63,581 nt of DNA, filler included, from Hyphochytrium catenoides (GCA_900088475.1; 11 parts of 11 records of this genome joined end to end with filler, not necessarily neighbours in it), one strand, 5' to 3'. Positions 24,094 through 37,230 are shown, counted from the whole stretch's first letter. Numbers and translations are program-made. Notes: generated from the sequence alone by a model not told the origin.

Positions 24094-27000
24094 TCCACTG
24101 CTTNNNNNNNNNNNNNNNNNNNNNNNNNNNNNNNNNNNNNNNNNNNNTTAATTAATTAANNNNNNNNNNNNNNNNNNNNNNNNNNNNNNNNNNNNNNNNN
24201 NNNATATCATGGTTTTCGGGGCTCCTCGGCTGAATCCAGACGCGCCCTAAGAAGTTTTAGAACTAGAACCTTTTTCCTGCTAGTGAAAGCTGAGAAGCAG
24301 GGCGGTGCTTCTCCTAAATAATCGATAGGAGCAGGTGCTAAAGAGTTCTTTCTTTACACAGGAGGCCAGTCCCTAGACGGAGAATGTGCTTGATGATTGA
24401 CCAATCAGAACGTAAACTGCTCTCATGCGTGGCCAATAGGATGGATGGGATTCTGTTTAGAACCACATCAACTGCAACAACGCGTACGGATAGGAAAAGC
24501 CGCAGGCAAGTCGGCTACAAACAAGCCTGTTAGAAGTTGCCAGCACTTTCTTTTATAAGAGCCAAGACAGCTTGCTTTGGAGACAGAGTTTTCACTCCCC
24601 GTTTGATTATTAGCGTTATTGTTGTCTGCAGGCAGCAAGCTGCGTCCTTCGGTAGTAAATAACCAAGAGTAGGGATATCGTCCTGGCTCCAGGTTGATCT
24701 TCTTTACTTGAAAAAAGGCTTTTTCAGCGTCGAAGACCTTCGGTGGAGCTACTGATGATGACGGCCATGGGGGCCTGGAGGACAGATGCACAGACACAGT
24801 TATATCTTCTTTCTCTTTTGCCTTCCCTTCTTCAAATTGGCTCTCCGGTCAATTTCTAACCACTGCCTTGAGATTTCATCAAGGGCAATGGTGACATCAA
24901 GAATAACTTTGCTTACTTAGTAGCATGCTCGTTTGACTGCTCAGCGAGGACAGCCACCACGCGCGGTCCTTGGCGGAGGGATCATATCATCTTTGGAAAT
25001 TGCAAATATGATAGGCGTTCGTTGCGTCTTTCTTGCTTGTGTCCCACAGAAGAGCTAATAGCACTAGTACAAATGAGGATTCTTGACATGTTACTTAACC
25101 TAACTTTGCGAAAAAGGATAACGGCGATAGATTAGTGCGACGGTGGTGGGGTGATGGAGAGCAAGAGGAGGGTAGAGGACAGGAAGGGGAAGTTATGGTG
25201 AAGGAGTGTGCTTGGTGCGACGAGTACGAGAGTAGTTGAGGATGGGACGATATATGGTGATGAGGAGGAGAGATGTCATCTAATGGAGGGCTATGATGTT
25301 ATACCTGATATGATGATGGCACTGACCAATAAATGTACAGAATGGGTGAAAAGTCCTCATTGCAGCTCATGCCCCGACTCTTCTAGGAGGACGAGCAGCT
25401 AGCAGCCACGCAAGAAGAAGCAGCAGCACGATGATCTTTGACCCAGCGCAAAGTTGTTCTAGAGTCACTATATACTCATCACCACTTACAGTGGTGGGCC
25501 GGCGAGAAGGCAGCGTAAGAGAGAAATCTGGGCGAAGCTGCCACAAGTACCATCACCATTACTATTTGCTGCCTAGTTGTGACAGTGACAGGAGCGATAG
25601 ACCAAAAGACGATCCGAGCGGGACCTGGGATCGGGACACGAACGCTTCTTCCAAGTCAGCGGCCGGCAAAGAGGAGGACGAGAGTAGAAAACAAAGTTAC
25701 TCTAAAAAAAAAGCTACTCTAGAAGCAACAAAGTGAACGTAACATTCCCTTTGTTGCCTTTTATCGTTTCTCTTTATGGAGAAGCCAGCTGGAGTCACAC
25801 GTAAAATATAGTACTACTGCTTTACTAGAAATATCCCAAAATGCTTCTAAGCGGAACACAAGCAAGCAGACGAACCCCGCAGCTATCTTTCCTATTCCCA
25901 AGGGTACGTAAACTTTTAAAGTAGAAGAGGACCATCGTGACTCGCTGTTGTTGGTGGTGCTGAAGAATGCCAGTAGCAAGTGATGACTATAATAAGTAGC
26001 TACCGGTACTACGTAAAGGACCCTACTACTATTAATGTTGGAGGAGATGAGAAGAAAAGACGACTACAATTATCTTCACAGGCATACAACGTCCCCAGAC
26101 CTAATGCTAGGGAAGAATGAGTAAGAATGTATTCGGCCGAGAAGGCTACTTATCACTCATCAGACCCTCCGCCACATCATTCAACGATAGTCCAGCTGCT
26201 GTTTCCTACCTAGAAGAATATTTCTTCCGTCTCCAAGAGAAGGACGCCACCCAAAACCAACAACAAAAGTAGGTTGTCATCATTATGGCAAGCAATGACC
26301 CAAACTAAGGCTGCTAAAGACGAAGCAACCAACCGAGAGTAGTAGCCTACTAGAGAGAGAGAGGACAGACAAAGATCCAAGCTTTTCTGATTGTTGAGAT
26401 AAAAGGATGCAGAATGGAGACGGAAGTACGAGATCTTCTACACCCAGCTTATCACCTGCGATATAATCTCCCAGCTCTGTGAGGAGCAGGACAAACCACC
26501 GTTGATGACGTGAGAGAGATGCTACGCAGGACCAAAGCGGCCCCCACAAAAAAAGAGAAGCTTTCTTGTATGTGGTGGTGCACTGATGACGCCAATGGTT
26601 GGCCCGCTTGTTGCTTCCACTCCTTCCTTCTATGTCGAGCTCACACTATCTCGTACCTTACATCCTTTTGCCTCTCGAAGGGACGGGCTTCCTTCCTCCC
26701 CCTCCTCCTTCTTTCCCCTCTCTCTCTCTCTCTCTNNNNNNNNNNNNNNNNNNCTGTCTCTCTGTCTCTCTCTCTGTCTCTCTGTCTCTCTGTCTCTCTC
26801 TCTGTCTCTCTGTCTCTCTCGTCTCTCTCTGTTTTTCTCTTTCTCTCTTCTGGTTGTCGCCATCCCTGGACATGATGGCATATCTTTTGTGTGGGGACCG
26901 GACAGGGGGAAAAGAAGCGAAAGAGACACCCCCCATCCAAAGCGTATTTTGCAGTTTCAGGTGGGGATGCTGAAGTGTCACAGGTGCAACTCAAAGGCAG

Positions 27001-28229
27001 AATCTACAGTTTGAAAGTGGAAAAAGGAGTCTGGGTTGTTGCCCTTTTTGGCGTTACATCTTTGGACTCACAGCCCGTTGGATTTCAGGTGGGAAGCTTT
27101 CATCTCCCAGAAAGATTCATTCTTTGTTCTTTGATGGCTTAGATACATGAAGAATTCAAGTATCTTTCCAATATTCCTCTTATGAAGAACAAAGCGGGTG
27201 ATGGCTGGATAGTGACGACTTACACAGCGTGAGCGAGGGGAGGACACAGAGACAGAGAGGGGAGTAGAGAAACAGAGAGGGGAGTTGAGAGACAGAGTAA
27301 GGAACGAAAGACGAACTGAGTGTAGAAAGAATTGGAGAGAGGAGAAGGAATTGAGAGAGAGGGGCTAGGGAGACAAGAGATATGTAGAGAGGAGTAAGCA
27401 GATAGAGAGATGGAAGGAGGACCAAACGCCGGAGAGAAACAGAAAGAGAGAGAAGGAGAGAGAAGAGAGAGACACACAGAGAGAGAGACGACAGAGAAAA
27501 AGAGAGAGGGAGAGAGGGAGAGAGAGGGAAAACTAAAGAAAGAAAGAATGAGAACGAGACAGAGAACGAGACAGAGAAAGAAAGAAAGAAAGAGGGAGTG
27601 AGAGAAAGAAAGAGAGAGAGAGATGGGGAGAGAGAGGGGGAGAGAGACAGNNNNNNNNNNNNNNNNNNNNNNNNNNNNNNNNNNNNNNNNNNNNNNNNNN
27701 NNNNNNNNNNNNNNNNNNNNNNNNNNNNNNNNNNNNNNNGCTCTGGAGGGAAGAAAGTTGGGGCCTGCAACAGCGCGGACGGAGGGGGAACAGAGACAGG
27801 ATGTAGCACACGAGAGGAGAGAGAGAGAGAGAGAAAGAGAGAGAGATGGCCAAGAGCGCAGTAGCACCGGATAAGGAAGAGAGAAAGGAGTTCAAGGCAT
27901 GCAAGTCTCTCTCTTTCCCTCAAAAAATAAGGAAGCGGCCAGCCGTCATCGCTCCTGTTAAAGCTAGCTGCCGTTCAAAGAGACCGAGAGAAAGCCTTGT
28001 AGAGCTTCGCCAAAGACATTAAGATAGCAGCGTTGAACGCGGTCACTCTGTCAACGAGTGAAAGCGAGCCTAATCAATTCTAATAAGTGACGAATGCTCT
28101 GACGTTCTAGATGCGCGGGAAGAAGCAGAAAGAGAAAGTGCTCCAGGAAGAGAGAGGATAGTTCTAGAAGAGTTTAGATCTCTCTCTCTTTCTCTCTCTC
28201 TCTCTGTGTGGTCTCTGGCTATCGACGTG

Positions 28230-29725
28230 ATGGCAGACTCAAAAGCAGACTTTGAGACAGCCTTTGAGCTGGTAGTGGAGCGAAGGGAAGCCCCGCTACC
28301 GCCTCTAGAGCCTAAACAAGTAACTGTCCGAGAGACAGAGCCAAGCCAAACCTTTACCAGGCCCAGAGTGAACCTTGGAGGCTCACGATGGCGCCGTCTA
28401 CAGCCATTTGCTCGTCCTGTGGCTTGGGATCTGGAGGGCGGTGGACATAGAGAGACAATGAGTGGTAGTAGGGTGGTGGACAGGGAAAGCTCTTTCTCTG
28501 GTGGGTTCCTGGTGAAAGAAGAAGTGCGAGAGGCGATTATGAAAGAGTATCAGGTAGAGCATGCTTCCCTCTCTTGCTATCACTCTTCCCTTCTTCTTTA
28601 TTATTGCCGCCGCCATTTCTACATATATATGACCGTCTTTCTCCCGTGTTTCCCTGCGACTCCCTGGCAGCTCCCTTCTCCTCTCTTATTCCTGGGCCAG
28701 TCTTGTCCTGCTCTTCTCTCGTTCTCCCATTAAGCCCGTCTTTTTCTTCTCTAGCTCTCTCTTAATGGACGGCCGCTCTAAACGCCCCTAACCCTCTCGC
28801 GCTCCCATAGACGCTAAAAACGCATTGGTTGACCTTGAGGTTCTTGGATCCAAAGGAAGAAGCAAAGTACCAGCGGCAGAGCAACCAGAACCTCTTCCAG
28901 CCCTTAATAACTCACATCCTTCTGGCAGTGGTGACAGTCGTGCACATCGCCTTCGTAGAGCTCAGGCAGCTTCTTGGCGGCGATCACTGGCATGTCGCCT
29001 ATGCCGTCGCTTTTCCATTAGTTATCCCGATGATTATCTTCCTTCCAGACTTCCGGCAGTATTGGAAGCTCTCTTTTGCGCTTCTTACGGCTTGCCAGGT
29101 AAGATAGATCAATATAAAGGGCTTGCCGGGAGACAGAGCGAGAGAGGCACTAAGAAGGAAAGACAGTACTGGACCTCCAACCCTTGCTTGCACCTTCATC
29201 TTTTTCCCATCAAGTGATTGCAAGTGAGGGAGCTCTCTTACTTTGGCTTGAGAGTAGCCCTCCCTTTTCTCGTCCACCCTTTCCTCCTCCTGTCAGTGCC
29301 CACTCCGTCGTTCTCTTCACCCTCTCCCACGTTCATATCTCTTATACTCCCGTTATTCCTCCTACTTTTAGCGGTGCTCCTCGGTCCCGAGTACAGAAGT
29401 CAAACCTTTTTTAGCTGCGCTAGGGGGCTACATGTCTAGGCTAACACATTCGGCTTTGCTCTTGCTCTTTCTACAGATCGGCTTCTTAGGTGCTGGTATG
29501 AGAGAGTCACAAGCTGTCATTTTGACAGGCTTGCAGGGTATCTGCCAGTACTCCATCCAGACCTTCGATAACATCTGCAGGATAGCCAACCCGGACCCTG
29601 TGCTCAGGCAGTCAGCACTCATGCTTGGGATTTGTGTGCTGGCGATGTTTACTATCATTGATATCTCGATAGGGACAGCAGGTGATTCTTCAATAGTCAT
29701 CCTTCTTAGCTCTGTATATATCTTT

Positions 29726-29773
<48 letters not shown>

Positions 29774-31989
29774 TTCTCACTCTCTTTTTCTCCCGTATGC
29801 CTTCGCGGCACAGAATATAGTGTTTTGGATCCCTTTCCGTCATGTTAGACTGTTCCTCCCTCTTATCTCTTCATCTACTTCTATCAGCTCGTTATGGACT
29901 GCGCTTTTAGCTTCATCTTTGCCGTCAAAAGCTCCTATCTCCCAGTGATTGTTTATCTCCCCGTTCGTTATCCTCTCTGAAGGCTTGCGTGGCACTGTCG
30001 TCAGAAAGCTCCTGACCTATCCTTGCTTTCATACTTCTTCCTCTCTTGGACACTCTCTCTTTTTCTAGGAGGAGTGGACTTCATATATCTCGTCGCCGTC
30101 TTCCTCGTGTGTGGAGCCTTCAACTTAGTGCTGGTAGAGATGTATCAGGTGACGCCCGAGCCCTACACGTTCGCCATCATCTTCATCGGTCTAGTGATTA
30201 CACTGGGTCCCAGCCGGCTCTCAGAGACAAGATCCAGGCTGAACTATAACATTCAGCAAATTCTCTATAAGAGGCACAAAGAAGAGCAGAAAAAAAGAGA
30301 AGAGAGTCAGAAAGAGCAGGAGAAGCTTATCAAGCGGTTAAGAGGCTATGAGAACCCTAACGAAGAAGAGAAAGACGCCGTAGATAGGATCCTAGGGCAG
30401 AACCCCTCTCTGAATGCGTCACAAATTATGTTCAAGGACTTAGATTTTGAAAAGATCATCGGGGCGGGGAGCTTTGGAGAGGTCCTACTAGGCAACTATA
30501 CTGGGACCAAAGTGGCAGTAAAAAGGTTGCTGAGGCATAGAATCAACGAAGAATATCTTAGCAGTTTCGTGCAGGAGTTGATGCTTATCAACAAGCTAAG
30601 GCACCCCAACATTGTGCAGTAAGTGGAAGTAAGCGGCTGAAATGTAGAGAGAGAAAGGGCGGCGAAGAGAGAGAAGCGAAGAGAGATAGCCAAGAAAAGG
30701 GATGGACCTGACTGTTTGAGAAAATAGCTGCGTAGAAGCGGAAGCTAGCTTCCTCCGTGGAGACGACAGGAAGAAGTGAGGGACAGTAACAGTACCTCGA
30801 TTCCCTAGCATTCAAAGCTTCAAGGCCATGAGTCTTTCCCCGCGGTGGTGCTGATCCTCTTGCCTCTGTTTGTTTTCTCTCGCTTGTGCAGGTTTATTGG
30901 GGCTAGTTGGGACTCTATCTCTAACATCTGCATCGTCTTTGAGTACATGGAGAGAGGAAGCCTTAGAGAAGTTCTTTCAGTCTACGGCTCTGAAGCCGCT
31001 TTCTCCTGGGAAGACCCCTGTCTGCGGATGGCGATAGATATTACCAGGGGCTTAGCATATTTGCATTCACGGCACCCACCAGTCATTCATAGGTAAGCAG
31101 CCAATAATCAGTAGGTAGCTAAGTTTGAGCAACCTGGAGTCAGAGGAGCAGTGGCTAAGTGCAGTCAGCCTCTATGACGTCCCTAGCCAATAGCTACATT
31201 TGAACATTCTTATACTGACTGCAATGGTAGCCTGTGGCTTGCTCCCGAAGTTCACATAGCTCATATTCTTTGTCCCTGACGTCGCCTCCTTCCTCCCTTG
31301 CTTTAGAGATCTAAAGTCCGGCAATGTGCTCGTGAGCTCCACATTTGGGTGCAAAATAGCCGACTTTGGGCTGAGTAGGCACTGGACTGAAGAGGACACG
31401 ATGACTATCACGGGCAGTCCTCTGTGGTTTCCTCCTGGTAAGGCCCTTCCTTGATTTGCCACTGGTCAACTTTTCGCTCTGCTCTCTTAGTTCCCCCGCT
31501 TGCTTAGGGAATTCATTCTCACCTCTCCTCATTGCTGTGATGCCTCTCTACTATTTGAATCCCTCTTCGCTTTCTTCCGTCCTGCCTTGGTCCTGCCCTG
31601 GCTCTGTCTGAACGCGGCCCATACCTCGCCCTTTTTTCACAATAGAGATGATCCGGAGCGAGCGGTACACAGAGAAGGCAGATATGTACTCTTTCGGCGT
31701 CTTGCTCACTGAGCTGGACTCCAAGAAACTCCCCTATCACGACTTGATGAAGATCAATGGCACTAACCTCACCACCACGAAGTTGATGCACTTGGTGGCT
31801 TACTCGGGTCTGCGCCCGTCTCTGACTTCCTCGTGTCCGCTGGAGGTGAGGGAGCTCGTGGAAAGCTGCTTGGAGAGTGATCCCAGCGACAGGCCTTCCT
31901 CTCTAGAAGTGTTAAGCTCACTTCTTGAGATGATGCAGCAGAATGCCCTCAGGGTGGGAGAGTCTTTCACTTCCTCCTCTTCGGGGTAA
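28230..31989 (+). CDS. TKL (Raf-like) protein kinase with an N-terminal six-TM module and coiled coil (exons 28230-28553, 28811-29098, 29477-29681, 30069-30618, 30892-31092, 31307-31437, 31646-31989)
   Basis: All junctions are GT-AG and frame-consistent. Kinase motifs: IGAGSFGEV, VAVK, LRHPNIVQFIG, IHRDLKSGNVL, DFG, GSPLWFPPE, KADMYSFGVLLTELD. Six hydrophobic segments lie upstream. Confidence 0.93.
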
Positions 31990-33050
31990 GACAAGCGCTG
32001 GCAAGAGCGTCTGACCTTGAGCGTCCTTGTGGTAGCACACGGCTACACTGACATGATGAGGAGTATAGCTGTTGAAGCTTTCCACCCAGCTATATTCCCT
32101 ATAGAGTTAGTTATTTTTTGTTTATGGCTTCCGCGGAAAGCAGGAGCTACACGCGGCCCAGCGGTTCGTCTCTTAGTCTCTAATGTCGAAGGCTCATGGA
32201 GTCCCTAGGACAATTTGTTAAGCGAGGCGGACTCTTTGAGAGCTGTTTGAGTGTATCGTCCCGGTGCATGTACAACGTCATTAGATTTGGCTTGTCAGCG
32301 ACTGACAACAGTAGCCGTGGCTAATATCAGAGGTCCCGGAATCTATGGCCCTGGGAAGCCTTCTCTATGGAGTGAAGGAGGCTGGCTTATGCCTCTGAGC
32401 TATTCCTCTCGGCTAGCAGCAACAGAAACGGATAATATTTGGGCAGACCCACCGGCAACGTTATGCGTAGAGGACAGATCGAGCGTATGTCTCGGAGAAC
32501 ACAATAGAAGACTAGTTATGTAGCACTATCCTCTGATCAAGAGCGAGACCGTGCTCCCGCCATAGCCGATTCCTTCCTCTCCCGGAGAGTGACACCTGAC
32601 AGAGGAGACTTTGCGTGTGCAGAGGAGAGTCTATTTTGAAAAGGGTTATAAGGTCCCTAAAGCTAGATAATAGGAGAACTAGGGAAAGAGGAACACTGGC
32701 GGCTAAGCCCGTCCATTCCCTGGATAAATAAAAAGGCTAAGTAAGGTTTGAGCTAGTAACGACTCAGAAGGGCAAAACAGGATGGACATGCTAGCCAAGT
32801 AAAAGAAGGAAGAAAGATGAGAGAAAGATTGCCCTAGGGAGGAGGAGGATTCGCCAATGAGTTAAGAGTCGAACTTTCACGGCGAAGGAAACGTCTTGGG
32901 GTGAGAGAGAGCTAGAGACGAGCTATCGAGATCTCGTTCTACCAGCCGTGTAGATCTTGTGAGTCTGCAAAGGTTCCCTTGACCCGGGGCAAGGCCATCA
33001 CTGCTCTTCTTCTCTCTCTTTCTTCAGACCTTGTACAAACGTAAGATGGC

Positions 33051-34901
33051 TTAACCTGGTTCTCTCTTTGTCTCTGCTTGTTGCGTGCCGGCGGAGGAGA
33101 AAGAGGATGCCGACGGACCAGGCGAAAGATCAAGAGGGTTTGTGCTGTTTAGATGGCTATACTGAAGGCAAGAAGCGAGCTTGCTGAGCTCTTGCTGGAG
33201 CTGTTGTCTTTCCTTCTTTAGCTCGTCTCTCTCCCTTCTCAGAGCCTAACAACAGCGGTGGCATCACGTGAGCACTTGACGACAGCTCAAAAGGACACAG
33301 ATATTGCTCCGCAGGGCTAGAAAAGTGCTCGAAGGAGGATAATAGGTAGTTGCTAGTACAACTGAGAGATTTTGAAAGAGAGGCGTTGCTATCCGACACT
33401 AACAGACGATCCCCCTCGATCATGCACGAGAAGGGAGGATCGATTCACAGCAGGGTAGTGGCATCTTAATGACCCGGAGAACACGAAAAAAGATTATAGC
33501 AGGAATAAGGAGCTTACTTTGATTGTACTGACGGCTTCAGCTAGAATCTGACCCTTCCTGGACTTGTCGCTCAGGCCTAATAAACTAACAATCTCGTCGA
33601 ACTAAGAACAGAGCAAGTAAGAAAGGAGAAGTCTTACCTCAAGACCATAGGACAACGTATCGGTGCACAGACAAAGTGACATAAATAGACGCAACCGTAC
33701 ACGAACACAAGGAAAGGAGAGATAGAAAGAGATGCTGATGCTCAGTCTTACCTTGACATTCACTTCAAGTCTTCTCATTTTCTCTCTATTCTTCTTTCTC
33801 TCGCTTCTCTCAGTAGACATACCTCCGTAGTGTCGCGATGTTCCCACTTCATCGTCATCTACCAAACTCAAAGGCCTAAGCAAGACACCGACGCATTCTA
33901 TCAGTGACAACATGAGAGGATAAAGACCCCAGATTCTGAGAAAGGCTATCCAAGAAGATGAGTCTTGCGTGCTCTAGCAGGCGCAAGCAGGAAGGGGCAT
34001 GGCAGTAGGCACGGTCAACGACGCAAATGCATTAAGACACCAGAATCAGAAGCATAGAATGAGCTGAGACACCAGATCAGAAGCATAGGATAAGCAGAGA
34101 GCATTGGCTTTACCGTTTCGTCCTAAGAACGCTGCATGAATGGCAAGGAGTCCGAAGGTAGGAGGGCAGTAAACAGTTACAGCGCAAGCAGAGGCCAAGA
34201 AGGAAGAGATATTAGCTCCGATGATGGGTCGGATCGATAAGGATGAGAGAAGATAGGGGTGCCATGGTTCAAAAGCAGAGAGCTGCGCCGAACAGGGAGC
34301 TAAACAGAGAAGACATGTGTATTCGAAAACCGGACATGAGGCACCAATGACCGAGGAGGAATAGTCAGACTAGCAAGACAACGAGGACTAAGAGTGATGC
34401 CAGGGAGCCACGAGAGAGAAGGATCATCCACCTCTGCGCACTATCGTCCTGAGGTGCAGAGAAAGTCGGCACTGAAAGAGCTCCAGTGGGTGCAGCTGCA
34501 AAGGTCAGCCCTCCATACGCAGTAGGTCCTGAGACCCCCGGAGCAGCTGATGCCGCGGACGCGGGAGTGGCTCTGCCCAGCAATGCACTCACATTAGTGG
34601 CTGTGTTGAATGCTGGTCCTGGATGCATTCCTCCGGACGTTATACCACTGGGTCTAACGCTCCCAACGAGCCCCATCGGGTCCGTCACTCCAGCACTCCG
34701 TGTCGGTACCTGAGCTGCCGCTATCCCTGATATATCTAAGTCTCCCAGAGAGGAGTTCAGGATAATATCGTCCTTATCGTCCATGTAGGATAGAAAGTTG
34801 CCGTGCCATGTATGGTCGTCAATGGGAAGACGGAGAATGTCCACCATATCCTCGATGGGCATATCTTCCAAAGAGAGCTCTCGCCGATGTCTGTTTGCCA
34901 T
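33051..34901 (-). CDS. bHLH-leucine-zipper transcription factor (exons 34901-34432, 34122-34114 micro-exon, 33875-33752, 33601-33518, 33245-33051; possible alternative last exon ending 32537)
   Basis: The spliced product reads ERSERKKNREKMRRLEVNVK|FDEIVSLLGLSDKSRKGQILAEAVSTIK|ALRRERDELKKERQQLQQELSKLASCLQY: basic region with E-x-x-R-R, helix-loop-helix, K..IL..A...I and a zipper. The ORF track shows only disconnected pieces. Confidence 0.88.
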
Positions 34902-36737
34902 TTTGGTTTGCTTTTCTCTTACCCTTGCCAATCTCTCCCCGGGGGAAACCTAAAGAAGTGCTCGAGGTTGACGACGAAAGGGGTGAAAGAGCCCCTTTTA
35001 TTCGCTGTAGACCCGTCTCCCTCACTATGCGCAAGCACGTTAGTGCGGCGCGGAAGCCAGCTGCACACACACCCCGAGTTCAGGCAAAAGGGCCTATGTG
35101 TGGACGTTCATCCTATTAGAAGCCCTTCTTTGACTCCTTACGAGTTGCCTAGACCAATGGAAGAAGTGTTGCAACCTCGACGGTGAATGAAAGTTCTCAC
35201 ACACTGAATAGAGCTCCTCGACAGCAGTACTCAGCAAACTCAAATGATTTCGACGTCAAACTCTTGGCCTTTCAATACTCAAAATCCGCAATGACGGATC
35301 TCTATCCCGCTCAAACAGTCTGCCCAGATGAAGATCCGAAGGTGGTTGACATCCAGCACCTCCATGGAGACTCTGCGTGTGGTCAAAGCCCATACATTTC
35401 GCCAATAAAAATCTGTCTGAGAAGCTTCATATTGCACTTCAGACCGCATTTCTTCTCAAGAATGACACGAGCCGGCTGCCCCTTTCGATTAAGTACGCGC
35501 GGTTTGGGAGGGCATGTTGACAGGTAAATTCTTAGCCCATGTCACTCTTTGTACTAAAAGGCTAGACAACCAGCCCGTCTTTGAACCTTAGACGACAGCT
35601 CTTCGCTCGTATAAGTACGCATGTGTCCAGTTGGGGGTTTGTCAAAAATAAAACTGATTCTGCATGACGTCATTGAATTACTGCACATCCTGTAGCCTAT
35701 ATGCTTTCATTAAGAATGCAAAACATTCTCATTCCTAATAGAGTGAGCTGTTGCAGCAGTTGCCCTTTTTTGGGTACGTCGTTGTAGTTGCTGCTGTCTG
35801 TGCAACTAGTAGCAGGTGCCGAAACCGTGGCTGTGTATTTTATAGTGTTTGTGAACTGTTACAGAATCTAATTTTTGGCAATACTGTAGGACTATAGGCT
35901 CTCTGGCTCGATACTCTATCTACCTGTCGCTGATGCCGTTTGAAGTCTAAGGCTTAGTGTTCATTGGGACAAAGACATATCCCTTGCTCTCTCTGTCTGG
36001 AAAGTCAGTTAGCTCAACTTGGCTCTGCCAGACATCAGTTCGTCTAATCATGGCCCATCGCTATGCTTTATCCCTCAGGGTAGTGCTACTCTGTCTCACA
36101 GACTCTGGACAGTTGATGTACACCTGATGAAGCCACAGACGTTGCAACAACGCAACAGCTGAGTCTCCAAACTTCTGCCCTCTTTCTTCTTCCTCGTCGG
36201 TCGCCCTCAGCCAGGCTTCTTCCACCGGCCAACCAGAGCTAACCCAGAGCAAGGAGGATGTGAGTCTTAGCCTACCACGGTCTTAGAGCAAACTGCCTCT
36301 TCACGGTTCGTTGCTAACGGTCTCTCTTTGTTTTGGAGTCTTGGTGTGCGGTTGTGTCGGGTCCTATCATCATCTCAAGCCCACATGCCGCAGTGAAGCA
36401 CTCACCTCTTGCCAAAGTGATGAAGGCTGAAAGCTCCCCTCCTCCTATGCTCTACTCGTCTCTCTCTCTCTTTTCTTTCTACTTGCTTTAGTTCCACCAC
36501 CCTGGCCTTGCATGCTCTATTCCGTTCGTTTGATGAAACGCCGCTACCTTACAACTGGGCCTTTGCTTTACCGTTCGTTGACTTACCCTTTACTTGGTGC
36601 TGGCGATCGACAAGTTCTAAAATCTCTTGGAGGTTTTTGGAACTTCCGTCAAGGGGGAGGCGGCAGAATGCCGTGCGCCCATCATTCAAGATGCTGCGGC
36701 TTCCTTACTCTGACAACTGTACACTCGTATTTCAGTC

Positions 36738-37230
36738 TGTCTCTGCTGTTGGTTATCTGTTGGGTGTGCTCCGTCTGTGTTTTGCCTTTTATTTAGGTAC
36801 CGTTGTTCTCCTGTCTTCTCTCCACCGCGACCGTCATCATCCACCATTAATGGGCTTGTTTCAGTGCATCTTTGTGGCCTATTCGTGCTGACCACTACTT
36901 GTCTGCCTCCACTCACGCTGACACTTTGGAGTCTGTCGAGTCTATCATCCACCACATCGCTCCTTTTAGTAGCTCCTGGAGGTCTGTCGTCTCTGCTGTT
37001 GGTTACCTGTTTGGTGTGCTTCGTCTGTGTTTTGCCTTTATTTAGAGTACCCTTCTTCTGTCTTCTCTCCACCGCGACCGTCATCATCCACCATCAATGG
37101 ACTTGTTTTGGTGCATCTTGTGGCCTATTGATGCTGATCACCACTTGTCTGCGTCCACGCTGACACTTTGGAGGATTCTGTCGAGACTATCATCATCCAC
37201 ATCATCGCTCCTCCTAGTAGCTCCTGGAGG
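36738..37230. repeat. Diverged tandem duplication, two units of about 245 bp (approx. 36738-36982 and 36988-37230)
   Basis: Both units start GTCTCTGCTGTTGGTTA, share TCTTCTCTCCACCGCGACCGTCATCATCCACCAT and end TAGTAGCTCCTGGAGG, with scattered substitutions and indels. Confidence 0.9.

Noticed and set aside
29888-29960. Extra hydrophobic exon (LVMDCAFSFIFAVKSSYLPVIVYLP) that would make the TKL kinase 7TM
   Set aside because: It is out of phase with the upstream phase-1 donor (gives TAG), whereas direct splicing 29681 to 30069 is in frame. RNA-seq should still confirm.
32000-32530. Decayed transposon between the TKL and bHLH genes
   Set aside because: No TE motifs; it is more simply the 3' UTR/terminator space of two convergent genes.
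34365-34931. ORF as a retrotransposon gag
   Set aside because: It is exon 1 of the spliced bHLH-ZIP gene.
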